Part shown: piece after piece, positions 22,211-36,100 of the stretch | How the letters are laid out: every line of letters starts with the position of its first letter | Numbering within the stretch: the stretch's first letter is position 1 | Origin: Camelus dromedarius | Taxonomy: Eukaryota | Assembly: GCF_036321535.1 (NCBI RefSeq) | Contig: NC_087436.1 | Location: forward strand, 122,390,001 to 122,454,000 | Direction: 5' to 3' | DNA: 64,000 nt | Notes under the pieces: model-generated | What the model was told of the DNA's origin: nothing | What the model saw: the letters and a program-made list of their open reading frames with translations, nothing else | The model's database searches: none | Translations under genes and position numbers: made by a program

Positions 22211-23254
22211 CAGGTGCAGCTGCCTGGCCCCAGGGAGGTTTCCGCTGAGTTTGGAATGGGTGAGGTGTTCTCTGCAGTATTTAGGGAGCCCAGAGTGCAG
22301 ACTAGACCCTCTGGCCTCAGGCAGGCGCCCAGGAGCCGGAGGGAGGGCCAGCCCCGCCCCCACCAGGGCCCAGCCGCCAGATGCTGGCTCAGGTTGCACA
22401 GAGCTGCATGGAGGAGGCAGCTATTTGCCGAGTAAATTTACAGACACTGGGCAGAGATCGCGGATTCACCAAGCAACCCCTATCAGGAGCCCCCTTCTTT
22501 GTGTGCACCCCCAGCCAGGTCCATCAAGAGGCACATTCCACTCCCACCGCGGGCCAGGCCTGCTGCTGCCCAGGGGAATGCAGCCTGGGGGACATTCCAG
22601 GCAGCCCTGAGGGCTGGCTCAACCCTGGGGCCCAGCTGACACCACTGGCAGTGGGCTAGCAGCACTTGGCCTGGGGGTGGGCTTGGGGTGGAAGGCTAAG
22701 GCCCGCTCTCTGAGGTAGAAGCCAGGATAAAGCCCAGGACCACTGCGACCCAGTTCCGGGATCTCGGGCAGCTGGCCGTTCCCAGGGCCTTGGCCTCCTG
22801 TGTGTACAGGGACTCCACCAGCACTTGCTCAGAGGGTGGCTGGAGGAAGGAGGCCTGTTGGGAAAGTGCTCAGAGTGGGCACTGGGTGGGAGGTGAGCCC
22901 ATGGAGGTCCTAGCTTCCCAGGAAGGGGGACTGGGCTCTGGGGATTCCAGGAGAGAAAGCCTTGGCTGGGCTCTGCTGATCCAAAAGCCCCATGGCACCT
23001 CCTCTCCTGCCCCCTCCACCCCACAGGAAGGAGAGATGGGGAGTGGTCAGCTGTTGGGCCTTTAAGGAGAGGGACTGTGTTTCCTGTGGGGTCTTGCCAG
23101 CCCCTGACTCAGGGAGGGTGGGCAGAGTGATCGCTCGAGACCTTGCTCCTGCTGGAAGCCTGCTCCAGCCCCAGCCAGCCTGCGCACACGCGGGCACCGG
23201 GACAGGCGGGTCTGTTTCAGCCATGGAGCTGCCCAGAGCGCTCTGCGTGGCACC

Positions 23255-23305
23255 ACTTCACAGATGGGGAGACAAAGGCTCAGCGGTGTGAAGCACCTCA
23301 AGGGC
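23255..23305 (-). mobile_element. MIR fragment
   Basis: CACTTCACAGATGGGGAGACAAAGGCTCAG is similar to the MIR core. Confidence 0.55.
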
Positions 23306-26300
23306 TCTAGCCCTCAGGGCCTGGGGCCGGGTGGTCCCTCAGGACACTCCCACCCAGAGGGAGATGGGGGCTGCGGGTGCCTTTGAAGGTCTTTCAGGAC
23401 CCTGGGAGCAGGCGACCTGACACCTAGTCACCACCCAGCTCCCAGCCTCAGTTTGCTCCTCTGCCTAATGGGCCTGCCCTCCTGGGGGCTGAGTCCAGGG
23501 GCCGGTGGGAGGCCCTGGTGGACAGTGAGTCCCCACCAGCCGTGAGCCTGAGGGCCTCCCCTGCCCCTGCTGGCCCCTTCTGCCAGCTCTCGGAGACCTT
23601 GCGCTCAGGCCAGATCTGCAGCCCCCTAATAGAGATGTCTCTGAGGGGCTTCCTGAAGCCACCTTCCCATGCCATGCCTGCCTGCCTTCCCCAGGGCCCA
23701 AGGCCTCTGACAGCTCTATTGTCTGGCTGGCCTGCCCTGCAGGGGCTGAGGGCGTGGTTGGGGCAGCCTCCCCCAGATGGGAAGCTGACCGCCACCCATG
23801 CAGAGAGTGGCTCTCCTGGTGTCCACACTTGTGCCCACACTGGTCTCTAGCCCTGTCAGACAGGGCCACCCAACAGGCCACAGCCAGGGAGGGGCCTCAC
23901 AGGGACCCCCAGGCTCAGGGTGAAGATGAGTGGGAGCTGGGCAGGGAGGCGGGGCCAGAGAGGGCTGGGTGCAGCAAGGCTGGGGCTGGGGGTGGCCTGG
24001 TGGGCCTGGGGAGGACCAGGAATCTCGGGGTTGGGGGACACACCAGGCTCCCCTTCTGGCTGCCAAGCCCACTCCGTGTGGTCCCTGCTGGGTCTTGTCT
24101 TAAGCCAACCCTGCCCCAGCTTCCAGCCAAGCCTGCCCTGAGGAACTACTGGGCCAGGGTCTGCCCAGGGCTGGATGGGTGGGGGTGGGGTGTGTTCCCA
24201 GGCCCAGGTTGTCTCAGGATGAGTCCGCATTACCTCAGTGTGGATCAAAGGGGCTTTTCAGGCCAGGGCTCCCCTCCTGAACCACCCTTCTGTCCTCCCC
24301 CCCCCCCCGCCCTCCTGCCACCTTCCCGCCCATCTGGACCCTCCCTACCCCGCCCCTCCTCTGGGACATCTTCTGCCTTCCAAGCCCCTGTGGCTCTGTG
24401 GCTTATCCCCAGACCCACGACCCCCAGGACCCTGATCTCCAGGAGGTGGTGGCCGGGTCAGCAGTGCAGGGCCACAGGGCTTGGTCTTCGGGCCACGTGC
24501 TGTTGGTTCATCCCCAGGTAGAAAGCCAGGTGGGCAGCACAGCTCGTGACCACAGTGGAAGGTAGAGGCCCAAGGGCAGGGTACTGGGGTACCCTCCCTG
24601 TGCCTGGAGCCCTAGGGCCTTGAGCACATGCTCACGGACTTTCACACAAGCCTGCTCGTGTGCGTGCGTGTGTGTGCTGGCCTCACGGTTCCCCCAGGAG
24701 CAGCCTGTGCCCAAGCCCCCAGCATGTCGAGCCAACAGGTGCCCCCCACAACCTGCCATGGGTCCAGGGCTCCCACGCCGCAGACCAGCTCTGCAAGCTC
24801 CCGCTGCCATTGCCGCCTGCCCGCCCGAGCAGAGGGCCAGGCCAGGCCTGGGAAACTGGGTCAGAGCAAGGCTGGGCAGGCTCCCCGCGCCCGCCCGAGC
24901 ACGCACCCAGCGAGGGCAGGGGCTTCAGATCCCAGCACACCCTGGGCCCAGGCCCAGCCTGGTACACGTGTGTCCACACGCATGTGTGTGAACTGGTCGG
25001 AGGCTTCATCTGACTGCTCAGTGCTCTGGGCGGCCCCGGACCCACCGGCCCCTGACCTGGCTGAGGGCAACCTTTGGCCAATGCAGGCTCCAGGCTAGCC
25101 CACCAAAGCTGGCCGACTCTGGGCGACTCAGAAAAGGCCTCCCTCCCCTGGCCCCTTGGCTTTTCGAGGCTGAGGAGATGAATGGTCTCAGGTAGACAGA
25201 CAAGGAATGTGCTCAGCTTCAGAGAGGGCAGTGGCCTACCCTGGGGCACACAACAAATCCAGAAGGGCTGTCCTCCCATGCTTGTGGCTATGACCTCCTG
25301 GTGCCTGGAGTGCCTCCGTTAGCTGCCCTCCCAGGCCCCCACCCTGACTTGCACCAGCCAAGACCCCTCTTCTGACAATTGCCCTTGGCAACGTTCCCAG
25401 GGGTTCAGCGAGGCCTGCACTCCATGGCCTTGGGGCTCAAAGCTCATCCTTCTGGGGGAGGGGGTGCTGCAGGGGCAGAACACAGGGCCCAGCCTCAGGT
25501 GGGTGAAGGGTCCTGGGTCTCAGCCCACAGAGGGAGAAGCTGTAGCTGCCCCTTGCTGGGTGATGCCTCTGCTCCCTGACTCCTCTGCAGGCCACTTTTT
25601 GCCCCTACAGGTCGAGTAGCCAAGTGTGGCTGGTGAACAGACTTCACCGTGACTCCTAGGAGAGTGGCTCATAACCCACGGGGTTGGGCCCAGCCCTGTA
25701 CCTGGTCTGGCCCTCCCATTTCATTCCCCCTTGCTACATCTCCCCGCTGAGAGTGGAGAATGCATCACACCTTCAAAACCAGGAGCTGGTACAGCCTGGA
25801 GGATCCCCTCATTCCCACGCCCCTATCCCTGCACCAACCCTGTCCAGCCCTGGGCATCCATGCTCACTGCCAGCAGGGCTCACAGGTGGGTGGCAGGTCC
25901 ACCACCCAGCCCAGCTCACAGGCTGACCTGTCCAGGCTCCCTGTGACTCTGCAGGACCCCACACTCTCAGGAGGCCCCTGATCCTAGCATCGAAGGACGG
26001 GAAGGGCTCAGTGTGGCACCCCACTCCTTCCCCTCAGATGTGCTCACACGCGTACACACATGGGCATAGGTGCTCACACACACGCACCTGGCCCAGACAC
26101 TGTGTGCTCCTTGTAAATTGCTTAAAGGATTCCAGGCTGCTTGCTGTTGTGAGCTCACAGAACTGGTAGTGCCAGAAATCCAGCTTGCTGGGCAGGTGGA
26201 GACTCGACGGGGCCAGCCCGCTCCCCAGGGCCTCCCTGCTCAGTGCTGCCCCCCCCCCGGAAGATGACCCTCAGGTGCGAGGAGTAGACACAGGACCACC

Positions 26301-29300
26301 TGACCCCCTGCAGACCTCTGAGTGTTGTGGTGCCCTGGCCCTACCCTGGCCCTCAGCATCGCCACCCCTGATCACTCACAGCCCACACACAGCCCTGCCC
26401 TCCCCATCTCAGAGCTAATCCCAGCAATGCTGGCACTTGGTGAGTGGTCTCAGGCATGTTTATGAAGTGGGGACAGCAAAGGTGCCACCGTGGAGCCAGG
26501 TGACTCGACCTGCAGGGGACGGGCTGGTGTCAGACCCTTTCTGCACCTCCTGTAGTTCAGCCTTGGGAGATGGCCCCCATTAGGTCCAGCCCCACACACT
26601 TCTGCTGGAGGCGGGCTCACCCAGAATGGAGTGTGCCTCCGCCAGCCGCTAGCTGACACAGAGGCCCGGCCGACAAGAATCAGGGAAGGCGCCTTGGGAT
26701 GGAGACTGTGGTCTCAGGGGTGTGCTTTTGTGACCCTAGGGGTGGCAGTTATATGCCACACGTGCCACCATGTGCCAGCCTGTGCCCTGGCAGACATTAT
26801 CAGTCGACTGCAGCACCATCTGTCCCGCTGTGGCTGGGGTCCTGGCCTCTATCCTTCTCCACACAGCAGCCCCCACCCTTGGACTGGAACCTGGAGGCCG
26901 GGTCTGGATCCGTGTCTCAGCCCTGAAGAGGGTCTGTTCTGTGACAGGGATCTCATCCAGTCCCTCCTCTGCCTGCCCCACCCTACTTCTTTAGTCTTTA
27001 GTGCTGCTCCCAGGCATGCTGTCCTCAATCCCAAACTACTGGGACCCCGTTACCCAAGGAGGGCCCCAAGGTGCCGGGGGCCGGAGGCTGGCTGTGTGTC
27101 CTGAGCCCCTGCTCAGCCCGGCATTCGTGGAGGTGCTCAGGGGCTGTCGAAAGGGGTTTCAAGTCAAGATAGAGGACTCAGGCCCCTATAGTCAGGACCT
27201 GCACCCCCAGGAAGGGGCAAGGACTGCTCTGGCTGTGAGCAGCTGCGAGGCTGTAGTCAGCCGCCTGCCGCAGCAGTGAGCGTGGCCTTGATGACAGCTG
27301 GTCGGGTGGGGGGGGGGAGCAGGGTGCAAGGCTCACTCTCTGCTTGGGTGGGGCTCCCAGAGCCCCCAGGATGCACATGAGTCCCTGGCCGTGTGTGGCT
27401 GCCAGCTGCTGCCGGCAGGAGCTAGGGTCTGCCAGCAAGGACACATCTGTCCCGCCAGGTGGGCAGGATTAGCAGAGCACAACGGCTCATTGACCGTGGC
27501 CTGAGCAAGGCGGTATTCTCTGGGATGCTGCCAGGCCCAGGGCCCACCGAGCACCCAGCCAGCTCCCTCAAAGCCAGGGCCAGCCCTCGGGGAGCACCCA
27601 GGCAGGGAGGACCTCAGCTAGTCCCGGGGGACGCCAGGCTTTGGGACCTCGTTCTTGCCACCCTCTTGGGATGCAACACTTCACCAAGCCCAGCACTTGT
27701 CATGGACCCTGGTGGCCTTGGCTTGACCCCTCAACCCTGCTCAGGATGCCCCCTCCACCTGGGAGGCAGCTGAGGGCTTAGGTGAGTCCCCAGGTCCGGG
27801 ATGAGGGAGGCCACCTGTTCAGGCCCCCAGCCTAGCTTGATGGCCAGTCCTGACGAAGACGGGACTGCAAGTCCAGGTGGGGGCTCTGCCGGGGCTGGGG
27901 GAGGTTGGGTGCCAGGCATGTCTGGGCCTTGGGGCTGAGAGAGAAGGAAAGTACATCCCGGGGACACAGGCACCAGGCATGGTCTGCTATGCAGGTTTGA
28001 GCTTTAAGCTGCTGAGAAAATGTACCTTTTTCACACTGAATTTAATTAGGCCAAGAAAAGAAAAATACTCCTGAACCTGTGGAGGGAGAGTTACTGCCTT
28101 GGAGCCCTTGGCTTTGATCCTGAGCTCCCTGGCAGCCAGAGCAAAGGGAGAAAGAAGATGCAGCTGTGGGTTTCCATGCCCACGAAAGAGCAGTCCCGGG
28201 GAGTCTGGCTGGCAAGATGGAGGGCCCTCGGCATTCTGTAGCCATGTTTCCCCTCCCAGGCCTGAGACCACGTTCCCACCTGCAGGCAGCCCTGCAGGGG
28301 ACAGCAGTGACCCGACATCAGAAGGGCAGAGCCACTGTATGGTCACAACCGGCCCAGGCCTGGACCCCAATGCAGGTGAGGGGGAGCTGAGGGACACTGA
28401 GCCGGGTCATCTGGGGCTCAGGGAGCTGCCTCAGGGCTGGGCATGAGGTCGGGCTGGACCTCCCGGATGGGTCCAGCCCTGCTGGCTACTGTCTCTTCCC
28501 AGAGCCACCTGCCTTGGACATCTGTACGCCTCCTCACCCCTCACCTCGGGTGCTGCCCCCTCAGTCTCTCCTTCCCAGCCGGCCAGGGCTCTGCTGAGTG
28601 GCTCCTGGGCTCCAGGCTGAACCGCAGCTCAGCTTGGGGCTCACAGACAACCTCTCCAACCATCCTCTGCTGGCTGCTCCTCAGACACTCTGAGTCCACC
28701 TCTGCCCCAGCCGGGACATTCCTTCCCCTGAAGCCTGTACCCCCGCCTCCCCGCCTCCCCGCCCCCCAACTCAGGGCTCTTTCAGAGCCACCCACTCAAC
28801 AAAACCCTTCCTGCTCACCCTCCACCCCGGGCAAGGGCCCCTGACATCTGGCACAGCCTGGACACAGGACCTGAGGGGTGGTCCAGCCTTGCGGGTGTGG
28901 CAGGAGGGGAGAGGCTGGCAGTGAGGACCCTGACGCAGCCGAGCTGAGGACGGGCCTCGGGCTCCCAGGACCTCCAGGGGAGGGCTGGCAGCCTGTCCCC
29001 CACCCCTGCTGCCGCCTGCCCACTGAAGTGTAAAGACGGGGGTCCGCAGGGGCTTGTTGGGCTCCACAGCCCAGTCTGCTGCCCTGGCTGGCCCTGGGAT
29101 TCCCCTCAACAATGAAGCAGGTGAGGGGTCCCCACCCCTGTGAAGCCCGACGGACATCTGGGCTGCCGGGGCAGGAGGAGGGCAGAGGCACCTGCTGCAG
29201 GCCTCGGTGCTCTCTGGGCCAGGGAGGGCGCCGGGGACGGGCCAGGCCACCCGGTCCCTTCCACTCCCTGGCACGTCTTGCTCGGAGCCTCAGCTCGGGA

Positions 29301-29311
29301 TTTGGGAATGA

Positions 29312-29375
29312 GGAGTCACTCATTCATTCTGCACTGTCCCCCAGCACCTGCTGTGTGCCTGGCACTGCTTGTGGC
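29312..29375 (-). mobile_element. L2 3'-end fragment
   Basis: TCACTCATTCATTC...AGCACCTGCTGTGTGCCTGGCACTG is the antisense L2 tail. Confidence 0.6.
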
Positions 29376-32300
29376 ACTGGGGGCCTGCCCTCCAGGGCTG
29401 GACAACCACACAGTGGTCAATTGGAGGGCCAGCCCCTCAGTCGTGCGGGCAGGGTGGGGCTCCGGCTGCATCACGTGAGGAAGGTGGCCACATGGGGCTG
29501 ATGGCTGACGCCCTGAGCTGAGGGAGGGGAGCGCCAGGCAGAGGGACTGACGCAGGGCCAGGGACCCCGGGACCAAGAGGCCCAGCGGTGTAAGGGAGGG
29601 GCAGGGCAGGCCTGGGCAGCCAGGGAACTGGCTTTTTCCCAGCAAGGTGGCAGCCACGGGAGGGTCTGGAGCACAGGAAGGGCCGATCTGACCGATGGGC
29701 TCAGGGCAGGCCAGAGGCTGGAGGCCAAAGGGGCTTCCTGGGGCGTGGGCTTCACTCTGGATGCACTGTGCAGGGGCGAGGCCTCAGCGGCAAGGCTCCT
29801 TTCCTGTCTTCAGCTGTGCGGCCCTGGATCAGCCACTGAGGGTGAGAATGGCTGGACAGGCTGCTCTGGGGAGCCCCGAGGTGGCAGTCTCTGTGGTCAG
29901 TGCGGCCAGGGCCTGAGGGGGTGCCTGCCTGAAGCCCTCCCTGCCACCCTCCCTGAGGGCTCCCTGGAGGAAAAGCCCAGCCCCAGAGCCGACGCATCTT
30001 ACTTGCCTGGGGTTCCTGGACAGCTGTCTGGGGGAGGTGGGCCCCTGTGCCCCCCGGGGATACATGCCCTATCTGGCAGGCTGCCCTTCCTGACCAAGGA
30101 TGCCCCACTCTCTCTGGCCCCTCCAGCAGCCCCCCCATGCCCGGGAGACAGGCTGCTGAGCTCATCTTCCCAAGCAGGGCGGAAGGAGGTGTCTGCACAG
30201 GGATGCTGTGCTGCCCTGGGCACCACGCCAGACTCTCCAGTCCCTGGGCTCTCTTCAGGCAGGGCCCCCGGCAGCCAGAGCTTTGGGCCTCCTGGTCACC
30301 CTCGTTTCCTGGGCTCAGGCTCACCGGCGTCCTGCCTGACATCCTCCCACCCTGGCCGGAGACAAGGTCCTTGGCACGGCCTGGAGGGAGGAGGGGCTGT
30401 GCCCAGCCGCGAGGCCCGTCTGGTGACCCTGTCTGGGTGGAGATGAATGCTGGTGGGCACTGCTTAGCCAGCACCTAGCCTTTGGTGGCTCCAGGAGCAG
30501 AGGCCAACTCCAAGGAGGGGACAGGATGAAGCCCCTGGGGGCCTTGGATTGCTGCATGGGATGGGCCTCAGCTCCCAGGGCCCCAGTGAGGCCAGGACGT
30601 GGGCTGCCCGCACGCCCCCTTCACTCTCCCCTCTGGCAGGGCTGTTGTGAGGGCATTGTGCCCCGTCCAGGGTCCTGGGGATATGGTCAACAGCTCATTT
30701 GCGCTGACACCTCGATTCCTCAGACATGTGTAGACACCGAGTGCCAGGCTCAGGATGGCTGCTGGACGCAGAGCACGGGTGGGGTCCCACCTCTGTGGGG
30801 TGATAGCATTGGGGGTGATGGACAGGGCAGGAGGCTGGGCAGGAGGAGAGCAGGTGGCGGGGCGGGTGGCCAGGGAAGGCCTGCCGGGTGCCACAGGGCA
30901 GGGTGACAGGGTGGAGACAAGGGCGGGCCAGAGGAGGCAGCAGTCAGCTGGCCTGGGGAGGGAGGAGCCGGCCTTCAGTCCCTGAGGCATGGGGCAGCCC
31001 TGAGGCTCGAGGCAGGGCCCTGACATGATCTGATTAAGACACAGCCTCTCTGGCTGTGGTGGGGAGGGGCTGAGAAGAAGGCCTCATGGTCAGTGGGTCA
31101 GTCGAGGAGACCCAGGCCCGTGTCTTCTCTGGGCCCAGGAGGGTGTGAGCAGGGTCCCCTCCAGCAGCTGACGTTGGTAACGCTGGGAGGGGGCCGGGAC
31201 AGAGGAGGGGGATCCCAAGTGGAGGGCGCTGACGGCTCAATCCCGGCCCGTCACCGCTCAATGGCCCCTTGTCCCTGGCCATTGAGCGCTGCGTTCCGGC
31301 CCCCTGGCGACTCCCGGCCATGGCCATCTCCGGGGAGGCAGGAATGTGGCGGGTGGGGCTCAGGCTGGGGGGTTGGGGCTCCTGTTCTCACGCCCGAGGC
31401 CACTCAGGCGATTCAATTGGAATTTAAATGCTGGCCATTGTTGTCCGCAGAATGGCCAGGAGTCAGCAAGGCCCTGGGGCCTGGAGCGGGCCTGGACTGG
31501 AGCAGCAGCCAATTGAGCAGGCCCGTCCCTTCTCTCCTGTAGGCCTGTCTTTTACTCTCTCCTCCAGGCAGCCCTCCTGGACCCCTCTAGCTCTGTCTAT
31601 CAGCCACGCAGCTCTAGTTCTGTCTGCCAGGGCTGGGAACTGACTGTGCCGTCAACTTTCTTTGAGGAGCCTCGCCCACAGCCTGCTTTCCCTCAGACAG
31701 GCTGAGTCAAGCCCCTCTGTGGGATGCAGGCCTTACCCTTCCTGGGCCCCACTCCAGCGGCATTGTGGGGCCAGGCAGGAGGACCGAGGTGCTCAGGGCC
31801 ACCCTCTCAGAGTTTGGTGCAGCTTTCTGTGCATAAATCTACTGGCCAGCCCAGCCCCATGTCCCCTGAGTTCTGGATTTATGGGGGTGGGGGGACCCAG
31901 GATCAGGGATACAGCTCCGGCCTCCCACCCTGGAAGGCAGCTTGTGGGGGCCTCCAAATCATGAAGCTCAGACCTGCCAAGAAAAGAACAGTCATTCCTC
32001 TGGGCTAAGGGTCATCTCCAGGTCCAAGCTGGGACCCCAGGAAGGTACAGTCAAGGGTGGTACCTGGCTTGCAGGGACACATGGGGGACCATATGCAGGC
32101 CTGCCACTCACATCACCCAGAACTGGGGCCTCCATTCCTGTCCTCCCCACAGGACATACCATATCCAGACCGAGACAGCCCCCAGCCTTTGTGGGAGCCC
32201 TCTGTGTGAGACACCCCCGTTCCTGGCCCTCATACCCCTAAAGCTTCCCAAATGCTGCTCAAGCCCCCAGCCCATCCTCTGTCCCCAGCCTGGGCTCCCT

Positions 32301-32939
32301 CGGAGGGCGGGGCAGCTGATGGGGGATGCTGGCTGCCCCCCAGCCCCTTCCCACCACCTCTTCCTCCGCTGAGACTTCATTCATTTATTTATTTGCTGAA
32401 CCTCTGACGTCCCTGAAAGGGGCCTTTGTCTGTGCAGACAATCAATGGCACAAATGGAAATGAAGTTGTGTTTGAGGAAAGTCTAGTGTGTGTTTGCGGG
32501 AGGAGTGGTCCACGCCAGGGATGTGGGGGGGTGGGGCTCACGGCCAGAGCCGAGCCTGCTTGGGGGACGACTGTTCGCACCCCAGGCCTGGCCATGAGCC
32601 CTCAGGGAGCAGCAGACGCCCAAGAGCAGGGGACACAGACCCAGGGGAGAACAATGGATACCCAAATCCCAGCGCCCATGGCCGCCGAGCTCACTGCAGC
32701 CAGCTGGCCTCACTGCAGCTGAGCTGAGAGTGGGGAAAGGGGACACTGAGGAAACGGCCTAAGGCCTGGCCTCGACCGACCGCTAGGTGCACAACCCTGG
32801 TGTGCAGAGAAGCCGCAAGGACCCTGAGGCTGGGCCGCTGGCCCATCAGGAACAGGGAGGGGATGGAGGCCAGCTTGTGGGTTACTAGAAAGACTTTTAC
32901 TGGGGGGAGACAGGAGAACTGGCAGGCTGGCTAAGGTGG

Positions 32940-33170
32940 GATACAACCTGATTAAGGTTTCTGAGCTGTTGTATTGGGAGGAGGGGGCTTCAGAGCCGGT
33001 GAGGAGGTGAATGCAGGGTCCCAGCAGGAGGGGAAGGAGGCCTGGATCAGGTGGTAGGTCCGGAGGGTGAGACGTGCTCCATTCTGGTGCTTCTTGAAGG
33101 CAGAGCCATGTGGACTTGCTGAGAGCATAACTGTGGGTGTGAGAGAGACGGAGCACATTTGGGAGAAAGT
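32940..33170 (-). mobile_element. L2 body fragment
   Basis: TTGAAGGCAGAGCC..GGACTTGCTGA..TGTGGGTGTGAGAGAGA resembles antisense L2. Confidence 0.5.
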
Positions 33171-36100
33171 GAGGGGTTGGGTCAATCCCCCCATGGGGTG
33201 GAGTCTCTCAAGGTCAAGACCCACGCCCCACACTGTGCCTGCTCACATTCGGGCTGATGTTGGGTGAGGACCTTGGAGGCCACTGGACAAAGCTGGGGCA
33301 CTGAGGCCATGTTCTTCTTGGAGGACTTCCTGGTGGAGGCATCTGTGGCTGGATGGAGAAACACAATGGCCAGGCCAGGGTGGGCAGTGTGTTCCCTCCT
33401 GGGCATGGCCTGGGTCCTTGGCCTGGGGCAGGGGTGTGAAAGGGGTGGGAGGGGCTCCCTGCCTGCCTGCCTCGGGGTGGCCAGCAACGCTGACCCAGCA
33501 CTGGCCACCTCGCCCCAGGCGCTGCTCCCTCCTGCTCCTGCCCCAGACACAAACACAGTCCATTTGCGGGCAGAGGCTGGGAGTCAGGAGGCATCAGCGT
33601 CAGCCGGCTGGCCTGGGCTGTCTGTCCAGTGTCCACCTGTCAATCTTGTCCACGTCAGCTTGGCTGTGCCCAGCTGGTTCAGGATGGCTGGATTCCAGCG
33701 GCGACCTCACCCACTGTGACTGTGTCCTCTAGACCCGGGATGGACAGGCTGGCCAAGAAGCCATGGGAAGAGGAGGGTTAAGGGTAGGGAAAGAGCCCGG
33801 TCGCCCAGGGCCAGGCGCAGGGCACAGGGGATCCCGGGTCCTCAGCTAGACCTGCCCTGTAGAGGGGCCATCTCACAAGGGGTCTGACTGCCCAGGGCAT
33901 GGGAGCTGCTGGAGGCCAGAGGCCTCAGTTAAGTCCCGAAGGTCAGCTCCCTCGGCGGACAGCCCCCAGTGCTGAGGCTGATGGACTTACCCAAGGACCT
34001 GAGGGAGTGAGACAGTGCCCTGGGACCAGGGTGTCCGGCAGTCTGTTCCCTCTCGGAGGCATTTGCTCTCATCTGATACTGCGATGTGCAGTAGCTGTCC
34101 CCACCCCGATCATCAGCCCTGCGTTGGCCCCAGAGCGTGGCTGCTGGCTGTGGCACAGCCAAGCAGCCCCCGCCTCAGACCCCAGGCTGCGTGGGCCAGG
34201 GGGAAAGATGGGCACTGTCCCTTGGGTGACCTGCGTAGGGTCCCAGGCAGCCCCATCCCGCCAAGACCTCTACCCTCCGCAGCCCCCAAGGTCCCACCCC
34301 TGGTTGCAGTCTCAGCCCAGCCACTGGCTTGGACCCAGAGATGCCTTCATAAAACCAAAGCCAGGTGGTTTTGATACACTTAGGCTGGTATCTGGGGACA
34401 GAGCCCAAGTAGGATGGGGTTCCCCAGGATGCTGGAGCTGAACCGTGGGCCAACGGGTGGGCCCCGCACTGCCCTTCTTCTGGCCTCGGTCTGGGCCTAG
34501 AAATGGCTGGCAGCAGCCAGTGGACCCGCAGCTCAAACTCAGTGGCCGTGTTGTGGCTGCCCTGGGCCCAAGGGGGAAGGTCTGGGAAAACCAGCTGAGC
34601 CCAGGGGAGACCTCTGGTCACCTGGGGGGGCAGCAACCCCAAAGTCCCACTGGCTGTGTGGCCCCAGTTGGGGAGATGTTTGGGGGTGGAAAGGAGGCAG
34701 GGGAGAGGCTCCACAAGCAGAAGACGCAGCTAGGGTGAGACCAGCAGTGAGAGGCCCAGCCTGACCCCAGCGAGGGCTTTCCCCTCAGCAGCTGGGGGTG
34801 CAGGGAAGCTGGGAAGACTCTGACGCACTGCTCAGGTAGCTGGCAAGGTGGCTGGACCCAGCAGCGAGCAGCAGGGCTGTGGATCTGGGCTGAGCTGAGA
34901 GCCACTCTAGAGGAAGGGCAGGGGCCTGGGGCTGCCCGCCCAGGGAGGCTGCACCCGGGGCTGGAGAACGGGCCCAACCCAGGCAGGTCACAAGGCTCCG
35001 GGAAAGTGAGCCCCCAGGCCTGGTCCCTCCTCATGCCTGCCTCACTCTGTCCCTGGGCCACCGCCCCATCTCCCTCACTCAGTCACGGAGGGTCAGAACA
35101 GACACATTCCCCACACACAGGACTCTGAGGTGGGGCTGCCTTCCCTGGGAGCCCCCATCATGGGCAGTGAGGGCCTGGAGGGGTAGGGTCTGGAGTTGGG
35201 GGGCTCTATAGGGGCTTCCCAGGGCAGCCACAGCTGGGCTGGGGTCTGAGAGAAGAGAACGTGTGTGGCCAGTGAAGGGGCAGTGCCTGGCTGGGCGGCA
35301 AGGTCATACAAACGAAGCCTGGGGTGGAGGCCACACCTGGGCAGAGGCCCAGCAGGCAGTGTGAAAGCTGGCCCATCATGGTCACCCCCTGGGGACAGTC
35401 TGGGCCTGGGGTGTCCGAGAGAGGCGGGTGTGAAAGCTGTAAGCCCACACCAGCATGCCCCACTGTCCCAGGCCCCAAGCCTGACCCAGATCTTGCGGCC
35501 ATCTGAGCAGGAAAGGAGCTGGGATCTGAGATCGCCCCCTCCAACTCAGTACTGAGAGTGTGGGCCCCTCCATGCAAATGGGAGACCAAGACCTGAGAGC
35601 CTCCTCCCCTCCCGCTGCCTCCCACCTCATCCCCCTACTTCCGGTGGGGGGGGGGGTTCAGGCCCCCTGGACCCAGTCCCTGCCTATATCTGGGACCGAT
35701 CGACTTGAGAGGGGCCGGGACAAGGGTCCTGCTAGTCTAGTCTCGGGGGACAGCCTGCCAGGTTTGCAGCGGGTGGGGGGTGGGGGTGGGGTTGGGTTTC
35801 CAATTGGCCCCTTCCCAGGCGCCGACACCTGCCCTGGGTGCCACGGCCTCATTCTGCTGCTGTCACAGATAGCACCTCCGGCGCTCCCCGGCTGTGCAGG
35901 GGACAAGGGCTGGCACCGGACTCCAGTCGGGCACGGTGGGCCACGGCCCCAGGGGAGAAGCGGCTGGAAACGGGAAGCCCGCTCCCTTCCCATCAGGACC
36001 TCTCAGGGGCTCGTCCGCTTCTGGCTCATGAGTGCCCGCCTCCCCCAGCACCGAAACCCAGTGCCCTGTGGGGACCATAGGGAGGGGGCTTCCCAGAGGA

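Noticed and set aside
35771..35800. G-run clusters that could form G-quadruplexes (also near 235-258 and 47767-47795)
   Set aside because: Such runs are common at this base composition and nothing singles these out.
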